Assembly: GCF_009914755.1 (NCBI RefSeq)
Contig: NC_060926.1
DNA: 64,000 bases
Direction: 5' to 3' (one strand)
DNA from: the human T2T-CHM13v2.0 reference genome, Homo sapiens
Below are positions 1 to 64,000 of the stretch, in pieces (position 1 is the stretch's first letter; every line of letters begins with the position of its first letter). The position numbers were made by a program, and so were the translations under genes. The notes under the pieces are model-generated. The model saw only the letters and a program-made list of their open reading frames with translations, had not been told where the DNA came from and searched no databases.

Positions 1-1264
1 ACCCTCCATGTCCTGTGATTCCACATTACCCCTGGTTATGTTAAGGGTGGTGATCTGAAATTGACCAGATGAAATTGGCCTGGAGCATAAGAGAGCAATT
101 TGGGGTGGGGGTTGCCCTTCTCACTTTAAAAGCATGAAACATACTCTCCTTTGTGCCACTGTTAGTTTTGGCTGAGCAGTAAGCTGTAACTCCTTGGCAC
201 GCCTTTTACAGCTGCTAACATTTGACGATCTGCTGCTCCCTGTGTTAACTGGCATCCCTGTTAATGGAAAAAGCAGTGTACTCTGGTTGCCTAGACTACA
301 CCTTCACAGTGTGCTTTATGTATTAGGTCTGAGCTGGCAGCACTTAAAAATAAATCAGCCGGGTCAAGGCAAACATTAATCCTTGCTTCCAGAGCTTGTC
401 TTTATTTTTTTAAGTTAATGAGCTAGAGCAGAAGCAATAGAATGCTTTTATTTTAGAGCCCCGGGTCAATTTATGGGTTAAAGGGGGCTATTTTCTGACC
501 AAGTGGGTGGTCAAAGTATTGAAGCCCCACACATGATGGAGAGTCACAGTTTCTATCCAGCTGGTCTTAGGTTGGCTGATGGACCCAAGGTCTTTTGCTG
601 ATTCCCTCCTCCCTGCAGTGGATTCTAAGGTCACTAGTGGGTATCATTGAAAGAGTTTGACTTCTGCTCTCAGGAAATTGACGAAGACCTATTTCTAAAG
701 CACTGTGCTGGGGATCCAGGAAGATATAAAAGGTATGGGGCTGGTGTCTGCCTTATGAGCTTGATACCTAGTTGGGAGACAGGGAAATTTTGAAAGGTAA
801 CACATCAAGGGAACGCGAGTTCAGTAGGGCTGACTGAAGGTTCCTGTGGAGGGAGAGGCATAGGGAGTTTGGTGTAATATATAGGTTGATATAGGCTTTT
901 AAGTTTGGGTTCATTCACTCATTCAACAAGAATTTATTGTGCTGGGAATGCAGTAATGAGCAGGTGCCTGCTTTCCTAAAATTTACACTCTAACTAGGAG
1001 AAGGCAGATGGTAAATGCAATAATTTCCGGGAGTAGGATGAAGCTAAAAGAAAATCTGGAGAGAGTTCTTCAGGCCTAGGGAATTGCAAGTGCTGAGCCA
1101 GTGCACAGTGCAGAGCCAGCAGGAGCCAATGAAAAGGGATTAGAGCCAAGGCCCTTTCGTTCTCATACTCCTGCTCCCACCTCTCCTCACAAGGGGGGCC
1201 TTTCCTTTCCACCCACTTGCTTCCCCCTGCCTGTTGGTATTCATGTCTTGACTTTGTATTTTAT

Positions 1265-1430
1265 GTTCATTTGTTTATTTATTTATGTTTTGCTGTCCCC
1301 CACTAGAATGTAAACTGTGAGATCTGGGATTTGTTTTGTTTATTGCTCTAACTTTAGTGCCTAAAACAGTGCCTGGCACACTTATTAAGTGCTTATTAAG
1401 TAAGCACTTAATAAGCACATGAATGGGTGA
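1265..1430 (+). mobile_element. L2 3'-end fragment
   Basis: ctagaatgtaaactgtgag...gtgcctggcaca...catgaatg resembles the L2 3' terminus. Confidence 0.55.
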
Positions 1431-2173
1431 AGGAAAGGCCCATGTGGTTGGGCGCAGGGAGAAGGGAGGGTAGCACAAGATTCAGGAAGTGAATGGATGC
1501 AAAGGAGGGCATGTTTGGGGGGACTATGCGAGGCCTCTGCAGGGACAGTGGGAGGACCAGATGCACAAGGGCAGACGGTCTCATCTAGAAAGCAAACCTA
1601 AGAGCCTTCAGTGGAAGTCAGAACATTCGTCCTCCAGTTTACATTCTAGTTGGGGACAGCAATAAGTAAATAAATAAATAACATTGATCCTCCCTTTCTT
1701 CGCCTTTTCTCTCCACATTTGTTAGCACTTACTATGTTCCAAGCCCTGTTGGCACCAGAGATACAAAAGAGGAATTAGGCACAGTGTGATATTTGACTCT
1801 GGGGAGAATAACAGTCCATCCTAAAGATTTGAAAAGAAAGAATCAAATTATACAAAGAAAGAACTGAATTATTTGAACACAAACTTGTATGTGCGTTCCT
1901 AGCTTTTCCTGTTGCTTACAGCATTAATATTGACATCTGGTAATTTGCTTACAGATGATAGTTCTGGGAATTCATGTCTGAATCGCTAATGCAGATTGAT
2001 GTGTATATATTTGTAGAAGTGACACAATCAAATAATTATTGTAAAGGATTAATATAGTAATTAATAAATAAGATCAATGTAAACATGCAGAAGTTGATTC
2101 ACATGTATTTAATGAAAAAGCTACATAAGGATAATAGAAAGACTGTGTTTGTGCTTAGCATGGGAAGAATGTA

Positions 2174-57983
<55,810 letters not shown>

Positions 57984-58070
57984 AAGTCACCAGTAGGTCA
58001 GTCCCTTCCATTTGCTTTCTGTGGGCCACTGTGGCCCCTTGCGTCCATTTACATGCCAGCCATCTCTGCA

Positions 58071-58156
58071 ATTAAAGTTTCTGGATAAAAAAATGAAATG
58101 TAGAGGATGTATATATCTTTTAAGTGATAATTATAAATCTTATATTTAAAAATAAA
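58071..58156 (+). terminator. Candidate poly(A) signals of CFAP221
   Basis: ATTAAA at 58071-58076 and AATAAA at 58151-58156, about 90 and 170 nt after the stop codon. Confidence 0.65.
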
Positions 58157-59009
58157 ATGGAGTTAGGATGATGACAGCGTTGTTAGCTTCTTGGTGCGGT
58201 GTTTAGTGCCGGAATGCTTCTGAGCAACATGTGATGAGAGACTAAGAGCCGGGCACTGGCAGCTGTTTCTGGGGGTCTTTTGGAGGTGTGGTGTGGTGGG
58301 AGACTGGTTTTGGGGAGGGGATGCTCTCCCACCTCTGCAGAAGCAGCCCCCTCCATCCCTGGGGCATCACTAGATTTGGCTTTGGAAGAGCAATACTGGT
58401 ATGAATGCTGGCTCCCCACATAGCTGTGCAGGTGGCAGACAGTGGCAGGGGACCTGGACCTGGAGAGGACACTGTGAGGTGACTAGAGCTTGCACCAGTT
58501 TCCCAGGAGGAAGCATCCTCCTGGGAACTCACAGAAGCACCTGGAGCAGGAGGTCACTGCAAGGGAGCCAGGAGTTCCAGTGAACACATGTCAGTAAAAA
58601 CCAGGCCTCAGTATTGTGTTTGTGAACATGACTGCCTTCATATGCACAGGCCAGGAAGGCTGATGACATTTGGGTTGTGTTATAATAACCCAAAATTATC
58701 CAAATATATTTGGATGTATTCCCTCCACTCATTTTTCTATGAATACATTTAAATAGCTGGTATCAGACTGTATGTTTGTAGTCTTCATTAACTCATTGAT
58801 TCTGAATCCCAGTCCTGCTCTTACTCACTATGTGGCCTTCTTAACATTTCTGAACTTCATTTTCCCCTCATGCAAAGACAAGTGCTCACCTTACATGGGG
58901 TTGTGAGGATTCAATTAGGAAATGTGCAGAGTATACCTGGCATAAAACAAGAGCTCAAACATGAAAGTTGCCCTTCACTCACAGGGCAGGACATAAGCAT
59001 CAGTCATTT

Positions 59010-60125
59010 TTTAAAAACTTTTTATTTAGAAATATTTTTAAACTAAAGGAAAACTTGCAAAATAGTACAGAAAGTTGCCATCTATATTTTACTCAGATTC
59101 CTCTAACATTAACATCTCCTGCGTGACAATGATCAGAAACAGGAAATTACAATCGGTACAGCTTTATTGAGTAATGTCCGTTCAGTGTTCCAGGAGTCCA
59201 CACTGCGATTGGTCAACGTGTCCCCTTCTTCTCCTCATCTGTGACAGTCCCTCAGTCTTTTCTCATCATTTGTGACCTTGACACTTTTGACAGTTGTTTT
59301 GTAGACTGGCCTTCAGAGTGTGTGTGTGTCTAATGCTTTCCCAAGACTAGGGTGAGGTTATGCATTTTTGCAAGAATTCCACAGAAGCGTTATGTCCTTC
59401 TTGGTGCATCTTATCAAGGGGCTTGTGATGTCGATATGTCTTCTTACTGGTGATGTTTACCTTGGTTGCTTGGCTAAAGTGGTGTCTGCCAAGTTTCTCC
59501 ACTGGGACATTAATATAATCATGGGGAGAGACTTTGAGATTATGCAAACATCCTGTTTCTCCTCAGCTTTTTTCCCACTCTGTATCTACGTATCTTTATA
59601 TGAATTCCCACTTTAGCATCCATTGGTGAGTGGGTCTTGTCTGCCACAACCATTACCATGATGTCCACTTAATGATAATGTCCATGAGCTGTCCCTCACC
59701 GTCATTTAGTTACTTCTTTATTCAGTAGATTTTTATATCAGCATGGAATCATGGACATTTATTTTATTATATAGGTTATAATCCAACACTACCGTTGTTT
59801 ATTTTGTTCTCAAATTGTTCCAGCTCTGGCCATTGGGAGCCCCTCAGGTTACACCTCTGACCTTTCAGTGCATCCTCGACCTTTCCTAAGCACATCTTTA
59901 CCTTCCAGCATCACAGTATATTCCAGACTCATCTGTATCTTTCCCACGTCAGCCCTGGAATCAACCATTTCTCCAAGGAGCCCTGGTTCCTTTCACTGGA
60001 GAATGGCATTTAGAAATCAAGACCTGCTACAGCAACTGGTACTTGTTGCTACTGTGGTCCAATTGCTTCCGAGCCCTCTCAGTGGCCAGAGCTAGAAAAT
60101 ACAAGTATTTATACTGAGCCCCCCT

Positions 60126-60158
<33 letters not shown>

Positions 60159-60960
60159 TTTTCATCTCTCTATCTTTATGTCTTGTATATATATCAAAAA
60201 ACATGAATTATGGCCAGGCGTGGTGGCTCACACCTGTAATGCTAGCACTTTGGAAGGCCAAGGTGAGCAGATCGCTTGAGCCTAGGAGTTTGAGACCAGC
60301 CTGGGCAACATGGCAAAACCTCATCTCTACTAAAAATACAAAAATACAGAAAATTTAGCCAGGCATGGTGGCAAACACCTGTAGTCCCAGCTACCTGGGA
60401 GGCTGAGGTGGAAAGATCACCTGAGCCCAGGAAGTCGAGGCTGCAGTGAGCCATGATCACACCACTGCACTCCAGCCCTGGTGACAGAATGAGAGCCTGT
60501 CTCAAAAAAAAAAAAGAAAAAGAAAAAAAAAAAACGCATTGATACTGATGCTTCCAATTCCAGTCCAACACCTGGGGTTTGTTTTGGCCTTCCTCCTTTC
60601 CTTAATTGTAACTTCTTTCCCCTACAGTGAGCAGCTTAGCTCCCATCATCTACGATGTATTACCTTATGTGTTGCTTGGTGTATCCGTAAAGTAACATCC
60701 CATTTGCTAACACATCTCCTTGCGAGAAACACATTTACTAACTACATTACAGTATTGGTGTCCTTTTTACTTTGGCTTTATAGAGTCCAGTTAAAATACT
60801 GGTTCCCGAATTGCCTGGGCTGGTTCTGTTGCTTTCTTTGTCTCCTACTCCCATCAGTGTGGTTGTGTTTTCATATGAGTTAGGTTCATGTGTTACTGTT
60901 TGTATTTCATCTTGGGTTCCCCTACACGCTAGTTGGGTTTAATTATTTATTTCAGGGTAC
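59010..60960 (-). mobile_element. Old L1MC/ME 3' region with AluJ (60212-60534, +) and (CA)n
   Basis: ttgcaaaatagtacagaaag..ggaatcaaccatttctccaaggagccctggttcc. Confidence 0.65.
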
Positions 60961-61733
60961 GTGGAACATTACGATGGCTCTAAATACAAAGATACTCAGA
61001 GAAGTATCATTCCTTCTCATTCCCAATCCATCTCCATTCCGCCATCTTGCTGCCCCATGGGTACCCACCCTTCCCACTGTGGGCAACCATCTCTTTAGTT
61101 TCTGGTTTATCCTTCTTGTGGGTAATTTTTAAGGCCCCCAAGGGCTCCCATGTGCTCCTCTGCATTCCTCCTCCACATTAACCAGTCACTGGCCTGACCT
61201 ACTAGCAGTTTCCGAAGCATAACCCACTCGTCCGCACCCCTGGGCCTCTGCACATGCTATTCCCTATGACCTCACCACCTTCTTGCTTAGTGTCCTTCTC
61301 ACCTAAGGTTTCCCCAGGCCTCTGCCCCTTGGCCCCTGTACTGACCTCTGAGGCAAGGCCTACCTAGTCCCTGCTTCTGTGGAGAGGAAGGGCCCAGGCA
61401 ATGTTTGTTCAGGGAATTGCTTCCCTCAGCATCCACGCTTAATACCATGCTGTGCACATCACTTCGTTCACCAACATCCAACCAGCAGCTACTGAATCCC
61501 TGGCTACTTCCACCTACCCAATCTCCCTTTCTTGCTGGGTGCCCCACATTGCATTGTTGGTGTGAACTTTCTGGCTCCAGACTTTGAGCCTGTTCCCATG
61601 TCAGTGCATGTACTTATGTCCATTTCAGTTTCCCCACCTATAAACAAGAGCCAATTTCTCTTATTTCCCTGCTCTCCCCAGGTTGAAAAGGTCGTGGCCC
61701 CTTGGAAAGATTGTATTGACTGTGTTGGGGATC

Positions 61734-61752
61734 TGGTGCCACCTGGTGGATG
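61734..61752 (-). promoter_or_regulatory. CTCF motif, reverse
   Basis: Reverse complement reads CATCCACCAGGTGGCACCA. Confidence 0.65.
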
Positions 61753-62100
61753 CCACAAGAAAGGCCTCTCCTGACTCCCAAGTTGTAACCCGTTTCCACC
61801 AAATCGACTTCCAAATAATATTTATCAGATCATCATCTGTGCTTTTCTTCCTTGTTTCAGACCACTTTTAGGTGGAAAAGGCAAAGAAGGCTTATATGTA
61901 TTTTCTTCCATAATGAGTCCATCAGAAAAAGTTCCTTCGGTGAAATCGTTGACCACGTGATGTTTGGGGACTCCCTATGGGATCAATCATCCGGGTTCCT
62001 TAGAGACCATGGCCATAATCAGGGGCTGGCCAAGGGAATGAGTATCCCTGGGTTCAACAGCTGTTTCTGAAGACCTGCCAGTTCCCCTGTCTTGCATTAA

Positions 62101-62649
<549 letters not shown>

Positions 62650-63246
62650 TGAAGTATTTTCTCAATGATCCTCAAAACATTCTAAGACATAAAGTAGCTG
62701 TTATTAGTGTGATTTTATGCAGAAACTCAGGCCCAGAAAGCTTCATGGACTTACCCAATTAGCAGAAGAGCCAGGTTTGGGCAGGATCTTGGTTTCCTGC
62801 AAAGGTTTCGTTGCCTAGCCAGGCGTGGTGGTGTGTACCTGTAGTCCCAGCTACCTGGGGGGCTGGGGTGGGAGGCTCACCTGAGCCCAGGTAGTCAAGG
62901 CTGCAGTGAGCCATGATCCTGGTACCCAGTCCACTCTTCTCTCTACTACATGGTAATCAATGAAAATATTACAGATTTACATTTTTTAACTTTTTATTTA
63001 AACTTTCAGCTTTGGAGTCTCTAAGAGTAAAGATATTATGTGATGATATTTGTATTTTACTTAATTGCTTATTCTTTAAAACATGTAATATAGAAAAAAA
63101 TACAAATTAGCAAATGTCCTTTGCTCTAAAGAAATCAGCTGGCAAGTTTGCCCCACCCAGCAGCAGCCATGTCTTACTCATTTCTGTATCCCCAGCATGC
63201 AGCAAGATGTTTGGCACAATGCAGGCTCTCAATAAATGTTTTTTGA

Positions 63247-63836
63247 GGCTGGGTATGGTGGCTCACACCTGTAGTCCCTGCACTTTGGGAGGCTGAGGCA
63301 GGTAGATCCCTTGAGCCCAGGAGTTCAAGACCACCCTGGGCAACATGGTGAAAACCTGCCTCTACAAAAAACACAAAAATTGGCCGGGCATGGTGGCCCA
63401 TGCCCAGCTACTTGGGAGGCTGAGGTGGAAGGATCACTTGAGCCTGAGAGGTCAAGGCTGCAGTAAGCCGACATTATGCCACCACACTCCAGCCTGGGCA
63501 ACAGAGCAAGACCCTGTCTCAATTTTTTAAAAATTGGCTAGGTGCAGTGGCTCATGTCTGTAATCCCAGCACCTTAGGAGACCGAGGTGGACAGATTGCT
63601 TGAGCTCAGGCATTCAAGACCAGCCTGGGCAACATGGCAAAACCCCATCTCTACAAAAAATACAAAAAAGATTAGCCAGGTGTGTTGGTGCACATCTGTG
63701 GTCCCAGCTACTGGGGAGGGTAAGATGGAAGGATCACTTGACCCCAGGAGGCTGAGGCTGCAGTGAGCCAAGATTGTGCCACTGCACTCCAGCCTGGGCA
63801 ACAGAGCAAGACCCTGTCTCAAAACAATAGCAATAA
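63247..63836 (+). mobile_element. Two tandem AluJ elements
   Basis: Dimers at about 63247-63530 and 63536-63836. Confidence 0.85.
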
Positions 63837-64000
63837 TGTTTGTTGAATTAAGGAATATAAAAGAAATGTGAAAACTATGTATCTAATATTCATTTACATT
63901 TTCACGGACAAGTATGTTCATAGAGTCTATTTGCTATAAAAAATATAGGAGTTGGTTCTAATAGATAAAATTTAGAATCCAGAACATCCGAGATGGAAGG

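Noticed and set aside
286-300. RFX X-box-like gttgcctagactac
   Set aside because: Right half-site mismatched and far from the promoter, which is outside the window.

Overview
Human-like (primate) genomic DNA holding the 3' three-quarters of the motile-cilia gene CFAP221 (PCDP1) on the + strand. I traced 17 coding exons from 2724 to the TGA at 57981-57983. All have GT-AG introns with matching phases and together encode 630 aa, which fits G211-E840 of the 840-aa protein as I recall it. Introns are mostly transposon relics: a full-length sense L1PA7-like LINE with a nested AluSp, a two-LTR THE1D-like provirus, MST/MLT1 LTRs, old nested L1Ms, about 20 Alus, and Tigger/MER58/MER47 DNA elements. 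Repeat subfamily calls are from recalled consensus sequences and need RepeatMasker confirmation. No RNA genes, CRISPR or prokaryotic systems were seen. The most unusual signal is four independent ~120-bp locally templated duplications (one inverted with template switches, one 100% identical), each inside a transposon. Also seen: an orphan ~120-bp retroposed insert with TSD and A-tail, a convergent CTCF motif pair, a candidate alternative last exon and a closely spaced inverted Alu pair.
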